DNA of 64,000 nucleotides from a bacterium (GTDB lineage: Bacteria > Electryoneota > JAOADG01), in contig OY820579.1 in assembly GCA_963681965.1 (NCBI GenBank), positions 1,888,001 to 1,952,000 on the forward strand. Direction: 5' to 3'. Positions 1-10,601 of this stretch are shown here, one piece after another; the stretch's first letter is position 1; every line of letters begins with the position of its first letter. The notes beneath the pieces were generated by a model. That model was not told the origin of the DNA and made no database searches. It was given only the letters and a program-made list of their open reading frames with translations. The position numbers were made by a program, and so were the translations under genes.

Positions 1-529
1 CATTGCGCTGATTGCGATACTCGCCATCCGGATGCGCAAGTCCGGTGCATTGCCACTCACGATTGACGGGCATATCCGCGATCTTGGCGGATTCGTTTTT
101 GCGATGTCGGTTTTTATGTCCTATATCGGTTTTTGTCAATTCCTCTTGATCTGGTATGCGAATCTTCCCGACGAGACGTTTTATTTCATCAAGCGCACGC
201 AGGAAGGGTGGTGGATCCTGCTGCTCATGATCGCCGCGCTGAAATTCCTGTTCCCGTTTGTTTTGCTGATGTCGCAACAGGCGAAGAAAAACGAGAAGCT
301 GTTAACGATGATCGCGATCGGGATATTGATAGGGGAGTGGTTGGATCTTTATTGGATGGTGATCCCGACGCATACCAAACAACTGGTGCTGCCCGGCATT
401 GCCGATCTGGGCGGTTTGCTGTTGTTCCTCGGTCTGTTCGGAATGCCGGTGGTGCGGTTCTATCGCAAACATTCGATGCTGGCGACTGGCGATCCCAAGA
501 TTCTCACCAGTATCAATTGGAGGGGTTGA
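1..529 (+). CDS. actF: Alternative complex III membrane subunit ActF (quinol:cytochrome c oxidoreductase), 5'-truncated by window edge
   Basis: Polytopic membrane protein with FCQFLLIWYANLPDETFYF and WLDLYWMVIP motifs typical of ActF; frame open to the left edge. Confidence 0.75.
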   Translation, partial: IALIAILAIRMRKSGALPLTIDGHIRDLGGFVFAMSVFMSYIGFCQFLLIWYANLPDETFYFIKRTQEGWWILLLMIAALKFLFPFVLLMSQQAKKNEKLLTMIAIGILIGEWLDLYWMVIPTHTKQLVLPGIADLGGLLLFLGLFGMPVVRFYRKHSMLATGDPKILTSINWRG

Positions 530-813
530 TGCGAACACGGAAATTTATGATGCGATCGACTGGTGTGAATATTTCGCTGTTGTTATTGGCAATCGTGGTT
601 ACAATTTCAGCGTGCAATAAACGGATCAGCGATCCTGCCATGCAACCGCAGCCGATGACGCCGGTGAAAGTGACACCGCCGCCTGAAGGGCAGCGGATAC
701 CGGTCAAATTTGCGATGAAGCTGTTGGTCGACGAAGCGAAATCGAAGAATTCGAACGCTACTACGACAAAATTTCCGATCTGGATGACGCAAAAAAACGT
801 CAACGCTCGATGA
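529..813 (+). CDS. Small hypothetical lipoprotein-like protein
   Basis: ATG overlaps the actF stop (TGATG); hydrophobic stretch ending ISAC (lipobox-like), Pro-rich middle; C-terminal part of ORF 133..813. Confidence 0.5.
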   Translation: MRTRKFMMRSTGVNISLLLLAIVVTISACNKRISDPAMQPQPMTPVKVTPPPEGQRIPVKFAMKLLVDEAKSKNSNATTTKFPIWMTQKNVNAR

Positions 814-854
814 TCTTCCTCAGCATTTATTAAGTAAAATTAGTATTTTTGTTA

Positions 855-1177
855 GTAGGGTCGGGCTCCCAAGCCCGCCCGTTTTTTTTTCTATCTTGAT
901 CTTGTATCCTGTAGTAGGGGAGGTCCTCCGCGGTCTCCAGTTCTTGTATCTTTCTATGGTTACTTGTGTCCTGTTCTGTCATTGCGAGGACAACGCGAAG
1001 CGGCAGACGTGGCAACCTACACTTTTGTCGTGTATCCTTAATCCTGTAGTACTGCCGATCTCCGAATCGGCGCTTTTTATCGTTTTTTTCCTATCCGCTT
1101 TTCCAATCGGCAAAGACTGAAAAAAAGAAATAGATGCCCAATCGGAGTTGGGCAGTACTGCCAAACTCCGAATCTGC
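855..1177. repeat. Mosaic intergenic cluster of REP-like palindromes (GTAG-tagged and GTCATTGCGAG-type)
   Basis: GTAGGGTCGGGCTCCCAAGCCCGCCC 855-880; GTAGGGGAGGTCCTCCGCGGTCTCC 914-938; TGTCATTGCGAGG...CGTGGCAACC 977-1017; GTAGTACTGCCGATCTCCGAATCGGC 1046-1071; inverted related copy 1136-1161. Confidence 0.85.
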
Positions 1178-1301
1178 GTATTTTTACCTAAAACTCTCAA
1201 CTGAATATCTGCGTCGATAATTTCTTCACCCTCATACCATTTGGTTGTAAACACACTCTCCCTGCATTATAATATTTGTACGTCAATCCAACGGAGGCGC
1301 A

Positions 1302-3950
1302 ATGAATCTCCACCATCGCATCACTCGTATCGCAGCAATGACGGTGGTAATGCTGCTATCAGTTTTCGCTGTTCCGCACACTTCTGCAGTATCGGTGCAA
1401 TCAACACGGTTGCCACACCCATTCCAGTTTACTGAGAATAAGGGGCAGTGGGACTCCGCCGTCCTCTACAAATGCGAGGTGCGGCACGATGGGTTTACCT
1501 GGTTCCTCGAGCGCGATGGTGTCACCCTCGTCACTAGCGTCGTCGATACGATGATGGTAGGGGCGGTTCGCGAACGCACCGATCCTTTTTCCAGTAGGGG
1601 CGGGCTCCCACGCCCGCCCGCAAGCGGCAACGACGTTGCCGCCGTAGGGGCGTATGGCATACGCCCTGATCATGAATCCTTTCCATTAAAATCTCACGCG
1701 CTCAAATTCAAATTCATCAGCGAATGCACGACACAAAAGGATGTCGGAATAAATTCCGACCTACGAAAATACACTTGCGCAAAATCCATCGATGCACAAG
1801 GTGAACTATCGTGGCACAATAATTATTTCCTCGGAAATGATTCGTCGAAGTGGGCACCGGATTGTAGGAACTTTACATGTATCGTGTATCATGATGTCTG
1901 GGACGGCATCGATGTCGAGTGGTATGAGAGCAAAGGTCATCTTGAATTCGATTTCGTGGTACATCCCGGTGCTGATCCGAAACAAATCAGGATGGTGTGT
2001 GAAGGGTTGGAAGCACCACTTTCTTTTGATACTCGGAGGTGGGACTTTAGTCCCGCCACATCTTTAAATGATTCAGGAATGGCGGGACTAAAGTCCCACC
2101 TCCAGGAATTATGTCTACCTATTTCCCTTGGTGAATTACGGATGTCGATTCCGGGGGCATACCAAACCACTGCGAATGGCACTCGCGGAAATAATGTTGC
2201 GGCACAATTCAGACTCGTGGCGGGAAATTGCTTCGCGATCGATTTAACGAATGGGTATGATCCTTCGCAAACGCTGAGGATCGATCCGCTGGTGTATTCC
2301 ACATTCAGCGGGGGAAGTGGTGAAGATTATTCTGCTAGTTTAGGATTAACAATCACTGGATCAATTGTGATTTCAGGATCGACCAACAGTCAAAATTATC
2401 CCACCACACCGGGAACGATCGAACGGATGAACGCAGGATTAGACGATTGTTTCATCTCCAAGCTTGATTCTACATTATCACATTTACAATTTAGCACTTA
2501 TCTCGGTGGCGAATTTAATGATTACTGTCAAGAATTAAAGTTAGATTCGCAGAATAGTATCTATGTAACCGGTTCCACCGAAAGCGACAACTTTCCGACA
2601 ACTACCAACGCATATTGTCAAACACATTCCGGATATCGTACTAAAGATTGTTTTGTCGCAAAAGTGAATTCCTCTGGTTCGCAATTGCTCTACAGTTCAA
2701 TGATAGGAACAAGCGCTCAGGACGTTAGTAATGCTATCATAGTTGATGAATCGGATAGTAGTTGCATCATTACCGGATCTACTAGTGGTACAACCTATCC
2801 AGTAACTGCTGGCGCCTACATTCCTTCTTCGTCTGTTGGTTGCATCATTACCAAATTCGATATAAATCATCCATCACTGCTTTTTAGTACCTATGTTGGT
2901 GGGACAAATGGAGCTGAAGGCAATTGTATCATAAAACTTCCTTCCGATCAATCACTCGTATTTGCCGGAGAGACTTATAGTAACGACTTTCCGTGCACAA
3001 TCAATGCTTATGACACCAGTTACAATGGTGGCGACGATGCTTTTATTGCCCGTATCAATCATGATGGCAGTGTATTATTAAAGAGTACTTATCTAGGTGG
3101 ATCTTCGATGGATGTAATTTTTAAAATGGTTGCATTTCGCGATAGTTTAATAATTGCAGTTGGGGGAACTTATAGTACTGACTTTCCTCATACATTGATA
3201 GCTTTTGATTCTATACAACATGGAAGAGCTGATTGTTTTGTTTCCGTTCTAAACAGAAATTTAACAAATCTCTGTTATAGCTCATTTTTCGGTGGAGAGG
3301 GAGCGGAATCAGCAGTTGGTCTTTTCTGTAATAATCTAGATAGTATATATATAGCTGGAAGTACAACAAGCCATATATTTCCATTGTCTTCTAATGCTTT
3401 TCAACATTCTTATGCTGGTGGCGACCATGATTGCTTTGTTGTACGCATTTCAATAAACAACCAATTAAATTATTATAGTACGTTTATCGGAGGAATTTAT
3501 GATGACCTTGGAAGCGATATTCTAGCAAATTCGAGTAATAGAATAATTCTGTTAGGTATTACTTCTAGTTCGAATTTTCCCATAACAACTACTGGATACG
3601 ATACAGCCAATAATGGTCAACATGACTGTTTCATCACACAATTCACCATTGATAGTACTTATGTTCAAGAAGCCTCACCGTTACCAAATTCTATACTTCT
3701 AGTTAAGAATTTCCCGAATCCTTTTAATTCTACAACAGTGATTGAATTCTCATTGCCGAAAGCGAGTCACGTCAAGATCGAATTATTCGATTTATTGGGA
3801 AGACAAATTCAAACCTTATCCGATCAACACCAACCGGCAGGAACTCACCGAATGCTGTTGAACGGATCGCAGTTACCATCCGGGCAGTATTTTTATCGAA
3901 TCAGTACTTCGGATCAAACCATTTGTAGGAAACTAATGCTTATAAAATAA
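1302..3950 (+). CDS. Secreted SBBP (beta-propeller) repeat protein with conserved N-terminal domain and T9SS type A sorting domain
   Basis: RBS GGAGG; signal peptide; FTENKGQWD, YDF-like FDFVVHPGADP and LRIDPLVYST motifs; repeated YSTYLGG / ITGxTxSxxFPTT / DCF units; C-terminal NFPNPFN...GQYFYRI...KLMLIK. Confidence 0.9.
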   Translation: MNLHHRITRIAAMTVVMLLSVFAVPHTSAVSVQSTRLPHPFQFTENKGQWDSAVLYKCEVRHDGFTWFLERDGVTLVTSVVDTMMVGAVRERTDPFSSRGGLPRPPASGNDVAAVGAYGIRPDHESFPLKSHALKFKFISECTTQKDVGINSDLRKYTCAKSIDAQGELSWHNNYFLGNDSSKWAPDCRNFTCIVYHDVWDGIDVEWYESKGHLEFDFVVHPGADPKQIRMVCEGLEAPLSFDTRRWDFSPATSLNDSGMAGLKSHLQELCLPISLGELRMSIPGAYQTTANGTRGNNVAAQFRLVAGNCFAIDLTNGYDPSQTLRIDPLVYSTFSGGSGEDYSASLGLTITGSIVISGSTNSQNYPTTPGTIERMNAGLDDCFISKLDSTLSHLQFSTYLGGEFNDYCQELKLDSQNSIYVTGSTESDNFPTTTNAYCQTHSGYRTKDCFVAKVNSSGSQLLYSSMIGTSAQDVSNAIIVDESDSSCIITGSTSGTTYPVTAGAYIPSSSVGCIITKFDINHPSLLFSTYVGGTNGAEGNCIIKLPSDQSLVFAGETYSNDFPCTINAYDTSYNGGDDAFIARINHDGSVLLKSTYLGGSSMDVIFKMVAFRDSLIIAVGGTYSTDFPHTLIAFDSIQHGRADCFVSVLNRNLTNLCYSSFFGGEGAESAVGLFCNNLDSIYIAGSTTSHIFPLSSNAFQHSYAGGDHDCFVVRISINNQLNYYSTFIGGIYDDLGSDILANSSNRIILLGITSSSNFPITTTGYDTANNGQHDCFITQFTIDSTYVQEASPLPNSILLVKNFPNPFNSTTVIEFSLPKASHVKIELFDLLGRQIQTLSDQHQPAGTHRMLLNGSQLPSGQYFYRISTSDQTICRKLMLIK
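1557..1666 (+). repeat. Three tandem GTAG-REPs plus a hairpin, in frame inside the CDS
   Basis: GTAGGGGCGGTTCGCGAACGCACC 1557-1580; GTAGGGGCGGGCTCCCACGCCCGCCC 1594-1619; GCGGCAACGACGTTGCCGC 1624-1642; GTAGGGGCGTATGGCATACGCCC 1644-1666. Confidence 0.85.
1742..1764 (-). repeat. GTAG-REP in frame inside the CDS (encodes VGINSDL)
   Basis: Reverse complement is GTAGGTCGGAATTTATTCCGACA; identical copy at 14862-14884. Confidence 0.85.
2035..2103. repeat. Inverted REP pair (REPIN-like, GGAG-tagged) in frame inside the CDS
   Basis: GGAGGTGGGACTTTAGTCCCGCCA 2035-2058 and its exact reverse complement 2080-2103. Confidence 0.85.
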
Positions 3951-3985
3951 GCCATTTCAATCGCACACACCTCCTAGGAGGAGCA

Positions 3986-5560
3986 ATGAAAAGTATCATC
4001 AAGTATGTTTGGTTTGTAGGTTGGCTCGTTACAACTCTTTGCTACGCACGCACGGTTCACTTAAAAGATCAAAACGGAGTTCTCCACAATTTCGAAGCAG
4101 GAACTGAAGTATCACAAGTATGGAATCCTATTGTTGGTGGAACGCCAGCATATATTCAATTCGATAATGTCAGTTGGGATTTCAATAAATGGTTCGATCC
4201 GACTACCACTGGTGTAACGGAAAACTCGGATTCATCGTTGACATTTCACATCTATCGAAGCACAAATCCGTATTATTGCTCCGATACGAATACCATTACT
4301 GGTGTTTACAATACATTACGTGGTTGGCGTTCTTTATTCTACGCAAGATGGGACTTAGATCCTACTAATGACATCAAGAAAAATGATTTTCTTCATTGTG
4401 TCAATGTAATGCGCGGTCTCACTCGACAACATGTTTTCAAAATTGGATTTGTCAATTCGGTTGATATATTCGGTCTTGGAAAGTATCATTGGAGCGTGAC
4501 TGGCAATTTCAATGACATTAAAGGGATTGTTCATTCCGGTTGTTGGATCGATTCTGATACCTCGAATTGGCATCAAGCTCGCAATGAAGTCGATTTCGAA
4601 TTTGGCGGTTATGATACTACGTCTAACTTCGGAGTTCCAAAAGTCGGTTGTGCCATTCAACCTTGGACAGGACCGGGTGCCCACGACCCCATTCATCCCT
4701 ATTATCGAAATCCAATGGGCTTACATGGTCTTTATGGCTGGCCGGAACGATTTTTGAATGATACAGTACCAGCCGGAAATCTGACTTCGATCCATTGGTT
4801 TACCTATAAGCCAGAAGAAATTGCATTTCACAATGAGTGGCCGTCGCTGGTCACATCCTGGACTTTTCCAGCGGCTGGTTATCAGGACACGGCACGTTGT
4901 GGATATTTCAAGAATGACATGTATGACAGTGGTGCCGATTCCTTTGATACACCGATTGTTGTACCTCATTTACGCCCATCATTTGCCCATATGGGATTTG
5001 CTACCGTTCACGGCGATACCGACGAAACTAGCTGTATGAATATTGATTTATCCGGCAATCCCGATGCCGCTGAATTCACAGTCAATTCATTCGCTTGGAC
5101 TGGTATACCCGACTTGTCGTTTTATGAGAAATGTGACAGCATTCGTGTGAATGCGACTACAAATCGTTACGAACGAGTAGATACTACTTGGGCGCTCTCC
5201 GGTTGGAGCAAACCGCTGATCGTTTCAGACAATACAATGTATCCTCCGCAAGCAACCGATGTTCGGGTCGATCACCCGGCTTATATCAATTTTACACTTC
5301 ACAATGTCGGAACAGCAGCTACATCGAAAACCGACACAATTCGTTTGCGGATCTATGTCAATCGCGATCGTATTGATACCTTCACAATTCAACACCCGCT
5401 TCCAGTTGATTCAATCTACTTCGGAAAAACACCTTACACTTTTACCCAATTGGGATGGAATTATTTTCGAATCGAGATCGATCCTGACAATCGCATCGAA
5501 GAGTTGCGCAAATCCAACAATGTCTTTTCCGATTCGATCCGGGTTATCCCTGCCAGATAA
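3986..5560 (+). CDS. Secreted hypothetical protein with C-terminal CARDB (Ig-like) domain
   Basis: RBS AGGAGG; signal peptide; C-terminal NVGT...IDPDNRIEELRKSNNV CARDB signature. Confidence 0.75.
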   Translation: MKSIIKYVWFVGWLVTTLCYARTVHLKDQNGVLHNFEAGTEVSQVWNPIVGGTPAYIQFDNVSWDFNKWFDPTTTGVTENSDSSLTFHIYRSTNPYYCSDTNTITGVYNTLRGWRSLFYARWDLDPTNDIKKNDFLHCVNVMRGLTRQHVFKIGFVNSVDIFGLGKYHWSVTGNFNDIKGIVHSGCWIDSDTSNWHQARNEVDFEFGGYDTTSNFGVPKVGCAIQPWTGPGAHDPIHPYYRNPMGLHGLYGWPERFLNDTVPAGNLTSIHWFTYKPEEIAFHNEWPSLVTSWTFPAAGYQDTARCGYFKNDMYDSGADSFDTPIVVPHLRPSFAHMGFATVHGDTDETSCMNIDLSGNPDAAEFTVNSFAWTGIPDLSFYEKCDSIRVNATTNRYERVDTTWALSGWSKPLIVSDNTMYPPQATDVRVDHPAYINFTLHNVGTAATSKTDTIRLRIYVNRDRIDTFTIQHPLPVDSIYFGKTPYTFTQLGWNYFRIEIDPDNRIEELRKSNNVFSDSIRVIPAR

Positions 5561-5578
5561 CTGCATCATTTTTTTTCA

Positions 5579-5613
5579 CCCAACTCCCATCTCCTAACTC
5601 CCAACCCCCACTC
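5579..5613. repeat. Degenerate heptamer tandem repeat (CCCAACT-like, 5 units)
   Basis: CCCAACT CCCATCT CCTAACT CCCAACC CCCACTC. Confidence 0.6.
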
Positions 5614-5803
5614 AACGGTTGCACCCGCTTTCCGAATGCGATATATTTCCCTTTTGAGCGTTCTCCCTTCCGTTAGACCGCTTCCAAGTGTGATTTGTCC
5701 CATCGCGTCGCCGAGATCGCAGACCTGATCCCGCACCGCCAGTCGTCTGACTACCGTTTGCGACTTTGTTGGACAAGCTCGTTACTTTTTCCCGGGATGT
5801 GTC

Positions 5804-7234
5804 ATGGCAATTGCTAAACAAACCGCGCCGAAGAGCGCTAAATCCGCACCAAATCGTGAAAAAAATCCCACATCGGGCAAACTGTCGCAGTGGATCGGCA
5901 AATCAGCTGCCAATTGGACCACCGACGACCTGATCAAAGCTTTTTATTCTCATGATCTTAGTCTCGTCAGCCTGATGCATATCGGTGGCGATGGCTGGCT
6001 CAAAACCCTCGATTTCGCGCCGCGCGACCGTGCTCATTTGCAGGACATTTTGCTCGGCGGTGAGCGTGCCGACGGTTCCAGCATCTTTGCCGGAATGGGT
6101 ATTCCCACCGGTCAATCCGATATCGTTTTGCGCCCCCGGATTGAGAGCGCATTTATCGACCCGTTTTCCACGATGCCAACACTCGTACTGATGTGCCAGC
6201 ATTTCGGTCGCGACGGAAAGCCGCTGCCGGAATCGCCCGACACCATTTTGAATAATGCTTATCGTCATGCGATGGCGACCACTGGCGTCGATTTGTATGC
6301 CTTGGGTGAAGTCGAATATTATATCGCCAAGCGACCCGACGAGAGCGACTGCTACGGTTCTTCCGATCGTGGGTATCACTCGGCATCACCCTTTGTGTTC
6401 GGCGAAGGATTACGCCGACAGGCACTGGCAATTCTGAATGATATCGGTATTCCCGTGAAGTACGGTCACAGCGAAGTCGGCTACATGTCGCCGACCGAAG
6501 ACGACCCGTATGTCTGGGAACAGCATGAGATCGAATTGGCGCTTCAGCCGTTACCGCGTGCTGCCGAAGCGGTGGTCGTAACTCAATGGGTGCTTCGCAA
6601 TCTCGCGCATCGCAATGGTATGAAATGCAGTTTCGAACCGGTCGTCCGCAAGGGTCATGCCGGTAGTGGTCTCCATTTCCACATGTCGCCTGTCGTCAAA
6701 GGGAAACACCTACCGGTCTATCGAAAAGAAGATGAATTGAATGACGTCTCGAAGTGGTTGATTGGTGGTCTGGTGCAACAAGGTGGCGTATTGATGGCGT
6801 TCGGCAATCGCACCGAATCCTCATTCACGCGCCTCACTCAGGCAAAAGAAGCACCGAACAGCGTCACGTGGGGTCGCTACAACCGCAAAGCGTTAATCCG
6901 CCTGCCGATCCTGGTGAAGGATGCTAAGGGGCGGGCAATCGGACATGAAACGATCGAATATCGCCTTCCCGATGGTTCCGCCAATCCGCAACTCTTGTTG
7001 GCTGGGATTGCCCAAGCGTTAGTGTTCGGCAAGAATGCGCCCGATCTGGATAAGTGGCTTGAGAAGACTGCTGCAAACCAGCACTCCGGTCAAACTGCGA
7101 CGGTATCGGTACCGAAGTCGTTCGGCGAAATTGCCAATATCCTCGAACAACATCGCTCGATTTATGAGAAGAGCAATGTGTTCCCGGCGCACTTGGTCGA
7201 TAAATTGATTGAGAATCTGCGCTTAAAATCGTAG
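5804..7234 (+). CDS. glnA: Glutamine synthetase family protein
   Basis: DGSS, EVEYY, HSEVG, QHEIE, GHAGSGLHFH, EAP...WGRYNR, IEYRLPDGSANP motifs. Confidence 0.85.
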   Translation: MAIAKQTAPKSAKSAPNREKNPTSGKLSQWIGKSAANWTTDDLIKAFYSHDLSLVSLMHIGGDGWLKTLDFAPRDRAHLQDILLGGERADGSSIFAGMGIPTGQSDIVLRPRIESAFIDPFSTMPTLVLMCQHFGRDGKPLPESPDTILNNAYRHAMATTGVDLYALGEVEYYIAKRPDESDCYGSSDRGYHSASPFVFGEGLRRQALAILNDIGIPVKYGHSEVGYMSPTEDDPYVWEQHEIELALQPLPRAAEAVVVTQWVLRNLAHRNGMKCSFEPVVRKGHAGSGLHFHMSPVVKGKHLPVYRKEDELNDVSKWLIGGLVQQGGVLMAFGNRTESSFTRLTQAKEAPNSVTWGRYNRKALIRLPILVKDAKGRAIGHETIEYRLPDGSANPQLLLAGIAQALVFGKNAPDLDKWLEKTAANQHSGQTATVSVPKSFGEIANILEQHRSIYEKSNVFPAHLVDKLIENLRLKS

Positions 7235-7260
7235 CGACCGATACATTATCCTAGTTCTTT

Positions 7261-7293
7261 GACAAAGACCTACAATTCCGTAGGTCTTTGTTT
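7261..7293 (+). terminator. Hairpin terminator after glnA
   Basis: GACAAAGACCTAC-AATTCC-GTAGGTCTTTGTT inverted repeat. Confidence 0.6.
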
Positions 7294-7512
7294 CGTTACC
7301 GAGAAAAAAAAGAATCAACTTACTCTATGATGAATCTTAGACGATCTGAGAAATACATTATTCAGTAGTTACATCGTACCAAATTTGAGCGGATTATTTT
7401 TTATCCGGATCGCTACGGTTGGAATGGTACAATACGTAACCGATTTTGAACAATTCAAATCGACGATCGAGTCTTATTAATCGCATTTTTTACACTATCC
7501 GAAAGGGTAATC

Positions 7513-9731
<2,219 letters not shown>

Positions 9732-9816
9732 ATTGGGCTCAGAAATGAAATAGATTGCTATGATGCTTCGATGTTGGTGTATTCTGAAAATTAACATCGA
9801 ATTCGGCAGTTAAATT

Positions 9817-9848
9817 GGGAAGTACTCCAGTACTTCCCATTTTTTTTT
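9817..9848 (+). terminator. Rho-independent terminator
   Basis: TGGGAAGTACT-CC-AGTACTTCCCA followed by a T run. Confidence 0.75.
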
Positions 9849-10013
9849 GTAATTATTCATAGTGGTCGATTCGCGATTTTATTTTTCAAATAATCAAAAA
9901 TCAGTTACATTCTTCGAATTCGTGAATTATATTAGAGTTATCGGAACTCAAATTAAGCTCTTACGTGCGATACTGATTGATTTCCTCAACATACGCAAAA
10001 GGAGGAATAAACA

Positions 10014-10313
10014 ATGGGTTGGCACAAATTACGCGCAGAATTGACCGAGCATCACCGCAGCTCGATCATGGATATCGACTACCTGATTATCAGTCAGGTG
10101 TATCACATCTTTTTCGATCAAGCATCACTGATGTCGCGTCATTCAGCGCACGATCATCGCAAGGAATTGTCCGATCAACAGCATCTGGAATTGTTGTTTC
10201 AATATGTTCAAGAGGAATTGAACCGCTTGAAGCAGAAGGTATCGAAACAATATCACAACAGGATTGATGAGATTGCCGATGAAGCCAAGGAGCTACTGGG
10301 GATCCCTGATTGA
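10014..10313 (+). CDS. Hypothetical helical protein (99 aa)
   Basis: Strong RBS AAGGAGG upstream; amphipathic helical composition; no recognised motif. Confidence 0.6.
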   Translation: MGWHKLRAELTEHHRSSIMDIDYLIISQVYHIFFDQASLMSRHSAHDHRKELSDQQHLELLFQYVQEELNRLKQKVSKQYHNRIDEIADEAKELLGIPD

Positions 10314-10601
10314 AAGTACTTAGTGAATGGTGATTTTATTTGGTTACCTGAGAAAACAAACACACATTTCAAGCGTGTATCACATACTATTGATTTTTTA
10401 ACTCAAACACCCGAAAACATCTCAGTTTGGCTGCAATCTTTGGTCAAATTGACACTTCTACCCATTCCTCAAAAAGTTAATATCATTTATTTTGCTACAA
10501 CCGCTTTCGACAGTTCTGATTTTTATCAATAATCTAGATTACATATTGTCTTTCCTTTGATCACGATATATTTTGTTGAAACATCCCTTCGCGGAGGCAA
10601 T

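Noticed and set aside
133-528. N-terminal part of ORF 133..813
   Set aside because: Overlaps actF out of frame; the plausible gene begins at ATG 529.
855-1177. CRISPR array interpretation of the palindrome clusters (also 12261-12606)
   Set aside because: Repeats are heterogeneous, spacing is irregular and no cas genes are present; they fit REP elements.
830-1254. Short ORFs 830..1015, 896..1120, 979..1254 (and 12252..12500), including a DADI motif recalling reverse transcriptases
   Set aside because: Mostly translations of REP arrays; no other RT or transposase motifs.
5620-5803. glnA (glutamine) riboswitch or NtrC/sigma-54 sites upstream of glnA
   Set aside because: No convincing match to those consensus sequences.
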